A DNA stretch of 30,053 bases from Synechococcus sp. (lineage in GTDB: Bacteria; Cyanobacteriota; Cyanobacteriia; Thermostichales; PCC-7336): positions 1 to 30,053 of the forward strand of contig JBFRWN010000028.1 in assembly GCA_051439605.1 (NCBI GenBank), read 5' to 3'. Positions 20,575-29,770 of this stretch are shown in pieces; positions within the stretch are counted from its first letter, which is position 1, and every line of letters begins with the position of its first letter. The position numbers were made by a program, and so were the translations under genes. The notes under the pieces were generated by a model. The model was not told where the DNA came from and made no database searches. It was given only the letters and a program-made list of their open reading frames with translations.

Positions 20575-21894
20575 TTAGGCATAGCTGGAAACGACAAGCT
20601 GTGTTGCGGATACTTGCTGGGAGGCTGGATCTTCGCCGTCTGTAGCCGCTGGTCCAGAGGCAGGTTCGGCCGGTGCACCGGAGTTGCCTGTAGCCTCTGC
20701 TTCAGGGGCGATTGGGGCAAAGTTAAATATCTTTTGGGTCCCCGTCACAACCAACTGCTCTTCCCCCGTCAGACCAGACAGCACCTCGTATACGTTGCCC
20801 TGAAGTCGACCTAACTGCACCGGGGTCTGGACGGCTACGTAGCCAGCGGCACCCTCTTGCGATTGAGCCACAAATACAAAGCTTTGCCCCCCCAAATTGG
20901 TGACTGCAGTTACGGGCACTACCAAATTGGGTTGCTCGTTCCAAATCACTCGAGCACGAACGAACTGATCGGAACGCAGACTACCGGTATTGGCAAAGAT
21001 GGCCTTGACCAGAACTGTCTGGGTGGTGGAATTCACCTCAGGGGAAATAAACGATATCTCGCTGCTACCGATGGCAGCTCCCATACTGTCAATCAGCTCG
21101 ATTGGGGTGCCCAACTCCACGGTCTGTAGCCGCTCCACCGGAATATTCAGAGAAATCTCCAGCGAATCGCTTTGGCTGATGGTGGTCAGAACGGTATCGG
21201 GTGTGACGTAATCCCCTACTTTGACGGCCATATTTCCAACAACCCCTGAAAAAGGAGCGGTCAACCGGTAATTGGCCAGAATGATTTTCTGCTCGATCGC
21301 ATCAGCCTCAGCCTCTTCCAGATCGCGCTCCGCCTCCGCAACCTCTGCCTGCTCCGCCCGAATGGTTTCCTGTTGTGTGCGAACAGCAGCTTCTGCCTGA
21401 CGGAGGTTGCGCAAGCTTTCGTTGAGAGCATCTTGCGAGATAGCCCCTGCTGCCGATAGGTCTTGGTTACTTTCCAAGCGGCTGCGTGCTAGTTCCACGT
21501 CTGCACGCAGTTCTTCTAGGCGGGCGCGACTAGCATCAACCGTTGCCTGCATGCTGTTGACAAAGGCTCGGGCAGAAGCGATCGCCGCATTGCGGCTTTC
21601 AAATGCCGCCTGCTGGCGGGCGGGATTAATCTGCAGGATGGGGACATTAGCAGAAACGCGATCGCCTAACTTGACGTACACTTCGCTAACGCGACCGCTT
21701 ACCTGGGGCCTCAGAGCTGTAAAGTCTTGGGCGTCCAAACTCGCAATAAAAACGGAACTGTCCCTGACTGTAACCGTTTCGATGGAGGCCACCTGAACCG
21801 CAGTCGGCGGGGGCCCCCCCACCTGTTCTGGCGGTCCGCCGCAGGCAGTCAAAATTACCGCCCCCGCAGCCAGAGGTAAGCTCTGCCGCCACAT
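20575..21894 (-). CDS. RND periplasmic adaptor (membrane fusion protein), probable lipoprotein
   Basis: Lipobox ILTAC, LRPQVSGRV..V.V..GD.V lipoyl half-motif, helical hairpin, APFSGVVG; 13 nt upstream of the RND gene. Start uncertain (21894 or 21924). Confidence 0.93.
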   Translation of the reverse strand: MWRQSLPLAAGAVILTACGGPPEQVGGPPPTAVQVASIETVTVRDSSVFIASLDAQDFTALRPQVSGRVSEVYVKLGDRVSANVPILQINPARQQAAFESRNAAIASARAFVNSMQATVDASRARLEELRADVELARSRLESNQDLSAAGAISQDALNESLRNLRQAEAAVRTQQETIRAEQAEVAEAERDLEEAEADAIEQKIILANYRLTAPFSGVVGNMAVKVGDYVTPDTVLTTISQSDSLEISLNIPVERLQTVELGTPIELIDSMGAAIGSSEISFISPEVNSTTQTVLVKAIFANTGSLRSDQFVRARVIWNEQPNLVVPVTAVTNLGGQSFVFVAQSQEGAAGYVAVQTPVQLGRLQGNVYEVLSGLTGEEQLVVTGTQKIFNFAPIAPEAEATGNSGAPAEPASGPAATDGEDPASQQVSATQLVVSSYA

Positions 21895-22122
21895 GCGTAG
21901 CAATTGAAATTTTTCAAAAGTCACAAGAGCCACCTCTGTACCTGGCAAGATCTTGACGATCTAAATTCGTTAGCAATTTGAGACAGGCTCTCTAGCCTCC
22001 CAAGAGACACAATGCCCCCAGCAGGCTGATGGTGATTCGCCTTGGATGAGTATTTTCTCTAGTTCAACAGAAACTAGAAGGGGTCGCCTCGCTTGCGTTC
22101 GCCTGTCTAGTTGGGAGCTATC

Positions 22123-22344
22123 CTACGATCCCACCTCTTCTAACTGATCCAACCGCAGCCAAACTGCTGGAGTGGGAACCGAGCCAAACTTCACTTGAGC
22201 GTAGTCATCCCGAACATCCAGCACTTCACCATCAGTGGTGTAGATGTAGGTGGGCATGAACGGATCGCTCGCCTGAGCTTCTATGCTGTCTTCCATCTGC
22301 TGAGGAATCGCGCGAACCATCGCGCCACGCTTGATTGCTGGCAT
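22123..22344 (-). CDS. ndhO: NAD(P)H-quinone oxidoreductase (NDH-1) subunit O
   Basis: IKRGAMVRA...SIEAQASD...GEVLD...[14 protein letters not shown]; 73 aa. Confidence 0.93.
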   Translation of the reverse strand: MPAIKRGAMVRAIPQQMEDSIEAQASDPFMPTYIYTTDGEVLDVRDDYAQVKFGSVPTPAVWLRLDQLEEVGS

Positions 22345-22597
22345 CTGTTAAAGAGTTAAACCGTCAATCTAATTCTATGTGATGTTTTGTTGCTAGGGAG
22401 GGCGGCGATCGCAGTCTTGCCTCAATCCACTCCGATCGGCCTCCCCTGTGGCGGCAGTGAAAGTGGGCAACCAATCCCCATCAAGATTTGCTCAATTGCA
22501 TAAACGGCTAGCGAGTGCCACCCCTGGGAAACCCCCTTAGGTTAGAGCCCACTAGCGTTGCTTATAAAGTTACTTCAAGCCCAAAAATACCTCTGAA

Positions 22598-23467
22598 TCA
22601 ACGACCTAATCCCGCTGGCTTCATCAGATTATCAGAGTCAGTAATAATGGCCTTTGTCCCAGGAGATAGCTTGAGAACGTACTCTAACTGAACAATTTCA
22701 GGGTTTTGTTGCAGGGCTGCTCCTTTCAGATTGATTGCTGAAGCTTCTCCCTCAGCCTGAATAATGGCCCGCTGCTTTTCCAATTCAGCTTTTTCTACCA
22801 AAAAACGTTCCCGCTCTTTTTCTTGCTCGGCAATCTGCTTTTGCTCGATCGCCGTTTGAAACTGGTCTGAAAATTGCACGTTGCGCAGAAATACATCTTG
22901 CAAAATTAGATCGTTTTCGGCGAACTTAGAGACTAACTGCGCCTCAATCGCATCCTGAATTTGATCGCGTTCGTCAGAATATACGGCGATTGCCTGGTGA
23001 AGGGCCAGTTCGTTCCGCACCACCGTGCGCACCTCGGGTCGAATGACCTTATCGAGGTAACGAGGACCAGTGGCCTGGTGCAGGTGGGAGACCTTATCGG
23101 GATCGAGACGGTAGCGTACCGAAACATCCAATGAAATCTGCTGACCGTCAGAGCTCAGTACCCGCAACGCATCATCCCCCCTGACATTACCCTCAGACAT
23201 TTGAGAGGCCATGGTGTAGGTTTGGGTGCGCACATCATAAAAGATGGGACTTTCAATAGCGGGAATCAGCAGATGCAGACCCTCTCCACGAGGGGTATCT
23301 TCTAATCCTGCAAGGGAATTAAAAATCACAGCTCGACTGCCTGCAGGCACAATCAACAGGCACTGCGATCCTACAGATAACAGCAGAACTAGTAGCCCCG
23401 CCAATATGTAGGCAATCAACGGGATTTCAGGCAGGTTGAACTCCGGACGGGGATTCGCCGAGCGCAT
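22598..23467 (-). CDS. SPFH/band 7 (prohibitin-like) membrane protein
   Basis: One N-terminal TM helix, EGLHLLIP, SSDGQQISLDVSVRYR, AIEQKQIAEQ coiled coil, AEGEA. Confidence 0.93.
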   Translation of the reverse strand: MRSANPRPEFNLPEIPLIAYILAGLLVLLLSVGSQCLLIVPAGSRAVIFNSLAGLEDTPRGEGLHLLIPAIESPIFYDVRTQTYTMASQMSEGNVRGDDALRVLSSDGQQISLDVSVRYRLDPDKVSHLHQATGPRYLDKVIRPEVRTVVRNELALHQAIAVYSDERDQIQDAIEAQLVSKFAENDLILQDVFLRNVQFSDQFQTAIEQKQIAEQEKERERFLVEKAELEKQRAIIQAEGEASAINLKGAALQQNPEIVQLEYVLKLSPGTKAIITDSDNLMKPAGLGR

Positions 23468-23915
23468 GCAAATACTCCAAGGTTCGCAAGAACATCTCTA
23501 CAGAGCCTAACGGATTTTATCCAGACTGTCTTAGCCTGCAGGGTATTTCAAGTGCTGGGCAATTCGCCTACCACCGTTATTCCAGCTGAAGCCACAATTG
23601 AGCATTTTGGATCAAACAGAAACTCTAGGCCCAATATGTGTTGACCAACATATACGCCCTCAGTGACTTGACAGGCTAAATAGGACCGTTAATCAGCGTT
23701 ATCTTGTTTGCAAATTGGCCCAGGCTGAAAGTACTTGACCGTGCACCACATGTAGCGCCACAAAGAATTATTTGTTGATAGACTTACGCTGTATATGCCT
23801 GCCGCACCCAAAAGTTCCGATGTCAGCACCGCTCTCTTTCCTGAAGACCTTTTCGATGCGGTGATTGACGGGACTGAATGGGTCTTGTTTCCACCCTCCG
23901 CGAGGATAATGTCCT

Positions 23916-24911
23916 ATGGGTTACCCCCCTCACCGCTCTGCTGCCAGCGCTTTAACGGCTGTTGCCATTGCCGCGATCGCACAGCCTGCCCTGCTGCTCA
24001 AGAATTCAGTCTCCGCTCAAGAAATCGAATTTACTCCGCAAGCAGGTAACCAGGTGGTGGAGTCCACACAAGGGTCATACTCCCGGCCCCCAACCACCGA
24101 GCCTCTGGCCAGCTCGACCTTTACCCCTGCCGAAGCTACGCCCGCTCTTCCTGTCGCCCCACCCGATGCCGGGACCGCTAGCATTCCAAATGCAACCGTC
24201 CAGGCAGGCAATGCGCCAGAAGAGCTCCCAGCGATTCCCGTCCCCTCTCAACCGGCGATCCCCCAACCCGCACCAGGTCTAGCGGCCAATTCACCTACCG
24301 TTCCCACCTCCTACGACTATCGACGGCCAACCACCGACATCCCCACCAGCTCGGCCTTTGTGTCCAAGGGGCAATTGCCAGAGGGAACTGTTATCCCTGT
24401 GGCCACATTCCGCGATACCAAATTCGATTTATCTCAAGAGGTGCAAGTCAACCTGAGCGTTGCTCGAGATGTTGCCGATAGCCAAGGGCGCACCATTGTG
24501 CCAGCTGGAAGCACCATCTGGGGGCGATTCGAGCCAATTATGTCAGACGAAAAAGAAATGGTGGGCAATTACGAGCGCACCCGCAAGCGGATAATCGGCA
24601 GCCAGTTTGTTGCGGAGCGGATTGAGATCCAAGCTGCCTCCCATCCCATTTCAGGTCAATCGAACCACATTCCGTCCGGGATCGATCCCGATGCCGATGT
24701 CGATCGCATCGCCCTCAAGAGCGCTGGATTCGGCACATTGGGGGGAATTGCACTGGGGGTCCTGACCGGTGGGGCTGGATTTTTGCCCTTGATGGCGATC
24801 GGCGGAATGAGTGGAGCGATGGCTGGCGCGGCCACCGTCAACAACGTTGTCGCGATCGATGCTGACACTGTGCTAGAGATTCAGCTAGACAAGCCTTTTG
24901 TATCCAACTAA
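23916..24911 (+). CDS. Secreted hypothetical protein: Pro-rich linker, TrbI-like beta domain with glycine zipper
   Basis: Hydrophobic Ala-rich N-terminus, Pro/Ala/Thr-rich region, LPEGTVIPV...IVPAGSTIWG, GxxxG-rich segment (GFGTLGGIALGVLTGG); GAGGA RBS upstream. Confidence 0.7.
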   Translation: MGYPPHRSAASALTAVAIAAIAQPALLLKNSVSAQEIEFTPQAGNQVVESTQGSYSRPPTTEPLASSTFTPAEATPALPVAPPDAGTASIPNATVQAGNAPEELPAIPVPSQPAIPQPAPGLAANSPTVPTSYDYRRPTTDIPTSSAFVSKGQLPEGTVIPVATFRDTKFDLSQEVQVNLSVARDVADSQGRTIVPAGSTIWGRFEPIMSDEKEMVGNYERTRKRIIGSQFVAERIEIQAASHPISGQSNHIPSGIDPDADVDRIALKSAGFGTLGGIALGVLTGGAGFLPLMAIGGMSGAMAGAATVNNVVAIDADTVLEIQLDKPFVSN

Positions 24912-25080
24912 CTGAGGCTGCCTGTGGTGGCTCTGCATTACAGAATGTGTTCCTATTCTCAGCACGGCAACAGCTACAGCTCTAGCGTTGGCCATCTCAG
25001 TTAGGACAGATAGCACCACGATCGGTCAGGGTTCTGGATAGCGAAGAGAACCACAGGTAGTTAACCATAGCTGCACACCT

Positions 25081-25099
25081 GCAAGTCATAACTACTTCA
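25081..25099. promoter_or_regulatory. Putative FurC/PerR autoregulatory box
   Basis: GCAAGTCATAACTACTTCA, imperfect palindrome resembling the Anabaena FurC box as I recall it (CAAAATCATAACGACTTTG); about 50 nt before furC. Confidence 0.55.
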
Positions 25100-25147
25100 A
25101 GGTGGGTTAATATTGGGCTAGAGTGTGCGTATTAATACATTTTGCCC

Positions 25148-25576
25148 ATGACCGATCTAGCCACTTCTCTAGAGGACGCCCTCAACCTCTGTCAAGTCAA
25201 AAACTTGCGGTTGAGTCGCCAGCGTCGCTACATTCTGGAACTGCTCTGGCAAACCAGCGAGCATCTCTCTGCACGCGAGATCTACGATCGCCTCAACCGA
25301 CAACAAAAGCCCATCGGCCACACATCGGTCTATCAAAATTTAGAAGCTCTGTCTGCCCACGGCGTGATCGAATGTATCGAGCGGGCGGAAGGTCGCCGTT
25401 ACGGTAGTCGTAACGACATGCACAGCCACGTCAATTGTCTGCAAACTGACACTATTACTGATGTTGATGTCACCCTGCCCGAGGAAGTCCTGCGCCAGGT
25501 TGAAACAGCAACAGGCATGAAAATCTCCAATTACCGTATTGACTTCTTTGGTGTGCCCAACGCCGAGAAGCAGTAA
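25148..25576 (+). CDS. furC: Fur-family regulator, cyanobacterial FurC/PerR type
   Basis: RLSRQRRYILELLW, EHLSAREIYDRLN, IGHTSVYQNLEAL, HSHVNC; lacks paired CxxC motifs, as expected for FurC. Confidence 0.88.
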   Translation: MTDLATSLEDALNLCQVKNLRLSRQRRYILELLWQTSEHLSAREIYDRLNRQQKPIGHTSVYQNLEALSAHGVIECIERAEGRRYGSRNDMHSHVNCLQTDTITDVDVTLPEEVLRQVETATGMKISNYRIDFFGVPNAEKQ

Positions 25577-25635
25577 GCTTATTTCTGCTGTCTTAAGCCC
25601 AAGCTCGATCCTCAACAAGTGGCAAGGGGTCTTCT

Positions 25636-26211
25636 ATGAGCATTATTGACGATCTGCTGCGGTTTCTGGAGACTCGCCTTGAAGAGTTTTTGCGAGCTCA
25701 TCCAGAACTAGAGCTACAGGCGATCGAAGAGCAGTTGCGCCAGCAAGAAGCAGACACCACCAAGCTGATTGCGGAAACCCGAGCAGAACAACAGCGATTG
25801 CAGCAAAGTATTTTGGCCACTGCCCAAGAGATTAAACGCTGGCACGAGCGGGTAGAGAAAGCTAAACAAGCCAATCGCCCAGATTTAGCTTCGGGAGCCC
25901 AACAGCGAGAGGCGGATTTACTCAAGCAGGGTAACCAGTTGTGGGGACAAATGCAGGGGGCGAAGGAGCGTCTGCAAAACATGGAAGAGCTTTTGCGGCG
26001 GGTGCAGGAGCGGCGCCGCGAGGTGAAAGATCGCGTGGCTGAAATGGCCCGTACCCGTCAGGCTGAGAAAGCCGCACAAGCCAGCAGCGAAGCCAGCGAT
26101 CGCTGGAGTGGCTGGTCGCAACCCTCCAGCAACTGGAGCGATCTGGAGCGGGAATTTCTCAAGCTGGAAACGGACCTGGAGCTGGAAGAACTCAAGCGTA
26201 AACAGACCTGA
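25636..26211 (+). CDS. TIGR04376-like cyanobacterial coiled-coil protein (PspA-like architecture)
   Basis: DDLLRFLETRLEEFLRAHPELELQAIEEQLRQQE N-terminus, ILATAQEIKRWHERVEKAK, C-terminal ELEELKRK. Confidence 0.8.
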   Translation: MSIIDDLLRFLETRLEEFLRAHPELELQAIEEQLRQQEADTTKLIAETRAEQQRLQQSILATAQEIKRWHERVEKAKQANRPDLASGAQQREADLLKQGNQLWGQMQGAKERLQNMEELLRRVQERRREVKDRVAEMARTRQAEKAAQASSEASDRWSGWSQPSSNWSDLEREFLKLETDLELEELKRKQT

Positions 26212-26315
26212 CAAATCGACAGTCAATCCCAATTGATTAGGTCGAAATACTTGAAATAAGTAATAATACTCTTAAGGCGAGAAGCAACCTGCTGAGTGGT
26301 TGAGAGGGTATTTGA

Positions 26316-27017
26316 ATGACAATCCGATTGTTTTCGGATTTTGATGGGCCGTTAGTCGATGTATCTGAGCGCTACTACCGGGTGTATCGCTTTTGTATCG
26401 AGCAAGTGGCGGAAGCCGGTCAAGAGGTGACTCCTCTGAGTAAGTCAGAATTTTGGACCTTAAAACGAGCTCGCGTCCCCGAAGAACGAATTGCCCTCAG
26501 AACTGGATTTCGGGAGGATCAAACCATCCCGTTTGCCCGCATGCGTCGGGAGTATGCCCACAGTCAGCCCTACTTCAAGTTCGACGTCATTCAGCCAGAC
26601 GCGATCTCCGCTTTGACTCAACTGCGGGATGCTGGCGTTGAGTTAGCGGTCATGACAATGCGCCGCGTACGCGAACTAGAGCCCGCACTCGAGCGCTTCG
26701 GACTGGCAGAGTTTTTCCATCCCTCCCGCCGCTACTGCCTCCCCAACGACTACATCAAGCAGGGGGATACGAGGGACAAGCCACTACTGATGGCCAAGGC
26801 GTTAGCACAGCTCCCTCCGGCGGCGCGCAGTTGGATGGTGGGGGACACCGAAGCGGATTTGGAAGCAGGCAACATTCACAACATGCCAGCGGTGGGTCTA
26901 TTGTGCGGCATTCGGGATCGGCAGCAGCTCGAAAAGTACAACCCCAGCGTCATTTTGCCAACCTTATCTGCTGCCACCCACTACATTCTTGAAGACCTCA
27001 ATGTTCAAGCTGGATAA
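26316..27017 (+). CDS. HAD-family hydrolase (phosphoglycolate phosphatase-like)
   Basis: Motif I DFDGP, motif II MT, KP, motif IV MVGDTEAD. Confidence 0.9.
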   Translation: MTIRLFSDFDGPLVDVSERYYRVYRFCIEQVAEAGQEVTPLSKSEFWTLKRARVPEERIALRTGFREDQTIPFARMRREYAHSQPYFKFDVIQPDAISALTQLRDAGVELAVMTMRRVRELEPALERFGLAEFFHPSRRYCLPNDYIKQGDTRDKPLLMAKALAQLPPAARSWMVGDTEADLEAGNIHNMPAVGLLCGIRDRQQLEKYNPSVILPTLSAATHYILEDLNVQAG

Positions 27018-27043
27018 TCAGCGGTGCAATTTTGGCGCAAACA

Positions 27044-28876
27044 CTATTTAGCGCTTGGCTTCCGACCCGGCCCTTCCCGAAACCACCACGAGATTGCCTG
27101 CTGCTGGATCCCAAACCAAACACGCGGGTTGAGCTTAATCGCAAAGAATCCATAAGTGCCCACAATCGTCAGCAAGCACAGTTCTCCCAACCGGTTATAA
27201 GTGTCGATAATCCGGGTTGCACTCCATCCATGCGTCCAATTGAGGCGGTCCATATCGCCGCCCGCATCTCCCGAGCCCCCAAAGATAGTCCCCCATGGAA
27301 TATCTTGTAAGCCGCGGTCGATTAGGTGCCATTGCCAAAAGGCGTGACAAAATGCACTGGCTGAAACAAATAGGATGAGAAATCGCCAAAAGTCCCATCG
27401 AAAGCGATCCGGCATCTTGAAATAGAAACTAACAATTAACAGCGTACTCAGGTAGAACTCCCCTCCAATCCCACCAAAAGACATCAACATATCGAACATC
27501 CGCTCTGGCAATATCCAGGTCATATAGGCCTGCAAGATGACTAATGAAACTGCCAGCACCATCGGCCATCGCTTTTGCTCTCGCCATCCTGCATGGAACA
27601 GTAATCCCAACAGAAAGAGCCCCCCTACATACACAAATAAACTGCGATCGGACGAGACATTTGTCCAGCCAAAAGGAAGCGGAGTAGCCCGATATCCAGC
27701 CATCCACGCAATGGTGGCATGTCCAAACTCGTGAATCCACACCTGTAGGGGATACATCAGAATAGGGACAATCGTGTTGGCCAGCATAGCTAGTACCATC
27801 GCTGCTGGAACCGCAGCCACATTCACCCATGGATTGTTAAAACTAAACCGATTGTATTCAGGGGAAATGGCGCGATCGCCCTCTAGATCGAATTCAGACT
27901 TCCACTGCACTGAACGGTCGTTGGCCAGACCGTAAATCTTCACGTGGGTGGCTGGCAAACGCAGAGATTGACATGCAAGAAACACCATGGCGGTAGTTCC
28001 CCGTTTTTCAGGGGTATTAACCGCCGTAACCTGCAACCGCAACTCATCCCGATCGGTCGATGCACAGTGGTGAAGGGATGCACGGGTGAACGGTCGCCAG
28101 GGCGCTAATGCCAAGTCAATAGAACGGGCGATCGCAGCGAGATTACCAACCGCAGCCCGATCCTCCAGCGCTGGTTCCTCTAATCTGCTAGCCACTGGAG
28201 CAGCCCCCCCTAGATTGTTTGTATCGCTAGCGGCATACTGGGTTCTAGGCGTGGGGGAAACAATTTGCCCTGCTGCCAGAGCCTGCTCCAGTTCGGGCAA
28301 AGCTCGGTTGGGATTATGGCAATAGCGGCTTAACCACACCGCCACCCCTCTAAACCACTCCAACCTCAGCGATCGCAACTCCTCTAGCCACGGCTGATGC
28401 GGAGAGGGTATCGATTCCGTAGCGAACTTATCAGGGCGGTCGAAAAATTCTTTGAGCAGACTTAACAGGATGGAGCGTTCAACTTCCTCCAGCTTGTGCA
28501 CGTACAACACCGCCTTTACCACTTGCATCGGGGGCGGAGGCAGATCGATCGCCAGCAGGCTGCTATTACTGACAAATCGAAACTGGGTCAGATCGACGGA
28601 TTCGGGATTGACCGGCTGCGCGAGATCGATGGTGGAATGCTGCTTGGGTTGCTCTCCTGCAGCGGGGAACCAAAATGTCATGCGATCGATATGGGGAAGA
28701 AACGTTTGAGTTTCCTCCGCTAGCAGATGCTCAATCTCTGTGCTGATGGGGTTTGGACGGGTCACGAGCACGTGCAAATGGCGATCGTGCACTGTCACCT
28801 GCAATTCCACTTGCCACTGCTCAACTGCATGGGTCAGTAGCGCTTGGATGTCTTGCTCTTGCACCGCTGTCTCCAA
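27044..28876 (-). CDS. Membrane protein with large soluble N-terminus and C-terminal HExxH (M50-like) domain
   Basis: About 350 aa soluble region, then about 7 hydrophobic segments with WIHEFGH and downstream GGDMD. TTG start uncertain. Confidence 0.7.
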   Translation of the reverse strand: METAVQEQDIQALLTHAVEQWQVELQVTVHDRHLHVLVTRPNPISTEIEHLLAEETQTFLPHIDRMTFWFPAAGEQPKQHSTIDLAQPVNPESVDLTQFRFVSNSSLLAIDLPPPPMQVVKAVLYVHKLEEVERSILLSLLKEFFDRPDKFATESIPSPHQPWLEELRSLRLEWFRGVAVWLSRYCHNPNRALPELEQALAAGQIVSPTPRTQYAASDTNNLGGAAPVASRLEEPALEDRAAVGNLAAIARSIDLALAPWRPFTRASLHHCASTDRDELRLQVTAVNTPEKRGTTAMVFLACQSLRLPATHVKIYGLANDRSVQWKSEFDLEGDRAISPEYNRFSFNNPWVNVAAVPAAMVLAMLANTIVPILMYPLQVWIHEFGHATIAWMAGYRATPLPFGWTNVSSDRSLFVYVGGLFLLGLLFHAGWREQKRWPMVLAVSLVILQAYMTWILPERMFDMLMSFGGIGGEFYLSTLLIVSFYFKMPDRFRWDFWRFLILFVSASAFCHAFWQWHLIDRGLQDIPWGTIFGGSGDAGGDMDRLNWTHGWSATRIIDTYNRLGELCLLTIVGTYGFFAIKLNPRVWFGIQQQAISWWFREGPGRKPSAK

Positions 28877-29052
28877 CCGCCCTGTCAGTAGCGTGACGAA
28901 ATAGGTATTATCGAGACTTTACCCATCGCGAGCCAACAGGTTGACTCTACGAACTGTCAGAGAATTGTTTTGCAAGTCTTCTTGACTTCAAAGAGCAGCC
29001 AGCAGCTCAATGAATGTCAAACTCACATGTGCAAGACCTGTGGCTGGTAGAT

Positions 29053-29568
29053 TCAAGTAGCAGGCATCTCTTCGAGCTTCATCTCGTCCGCCATATCGTT
29101 GACGCGGTCGGAAAACAATTTGACTGCCTTAAATCCACTCTCAATATCTTCTTGGTCAGCAACAGCTTCTCGGAAAACAGATAGAAACGTTTTTTCTGGT
29201 GTTGTATCCAAAATGTTGAGCCCTCTGACTGCACAAGCAGAATTTCTGACATGCTCGCCAATTGAACCTGGGATGATGTCCCCCTGCATCGCCAATGGAC
29301 CATCATCAGCTTCATAAATGCAAAGGGCTCTCCAATATTCAAGATTATCAGAATCGCACGTGTAAATTTCAGTTCGCTGATTCACCCTGTCAACATTCGC
29401 ATTTAGAACGCTGACTGCAACTTTATCCAGCAAAGAAAAATCAAAGGAATCAACATCAAAATGTACATCGTTTGTCATGTGTGCCCAACGTTGGGCAATT
29501 GCAGGCGGAGCAATTAACCCAAGGGTAAACAAAACCCAACAAGCCAATCCGATAGAAAGAGTTTTCAT
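29053..29568 (-). CDS. Secreted hypothetical protein (weak resemblance to surface-adhesin E family)
   Basis: Signal peptide MKTLSIGL...AIA; W...FDVDS, TCD, IIPGSIGE...AC pattern. Confidence 0.6.
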   Translation of the reverse strand: MKTLSIGLACWVLFTLGLIAPPAIAQRWAHMTNDVHFDVDSFDFSLLDKVAVSVLNANVDRVNQRTEIYTCDSDNLEYWRALCIYEADDGPLAMQGDIIPGSIGEHVRNSACAVRGLNILDTTPEKTFLSVFREAVADQEDIESGFKAVKLFSDRVNDMADEMKLEEMPAT

Positions 29569-29770
29569 GGTTCGACCCTTGCGGCTTCTCTACCATATTC
29601 ATTGTCTCTTGTAATAGATGTTGAGTGAAGGTTGTTCAGCACAGATCGTCCATAAACGTTCAATGCACAAAGAACAATCGCAATATTTGATGACGTCAGT
29701 TCGATAGAATGCCCCCTAATTTAAAATAAGCGGCCATTAGAACAAAAATATCCGTATTCGAAGATCTTTT

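Noticed and set aside
22446..22456. CTGTGGCGGCA resembling the 6S RNA 3' motif
   Set aside because: A full-length 6S RNA would extend into ndhO, and I could not find the complementary 5' strand or the long rod structure.
24906..25006. attC-like site (TAAC...GTTAG overlapping a stop codon)
   Set aside because: R boxes deviate from RYYYAAC/GTTRRRY, there is no L-box or unpaired-spacer architecture, and it is a single copy far from the recombinase; kept only as an RNA-structure finding.
28890..28918. dif-like sequence around TAGGTATTATCGAG
   Set aside because: Only one plausible arm; poor symmetry at a 6-bp spacer.
29569..29595. tRNA 3'-fragment-like GGTTCGACCC...ACCA (possible att site)
   Set aside because: The T-stem does not pair and the distance to CCA is 2 nt too long; it is better explained as the translation-initiation region of the - strand gene.
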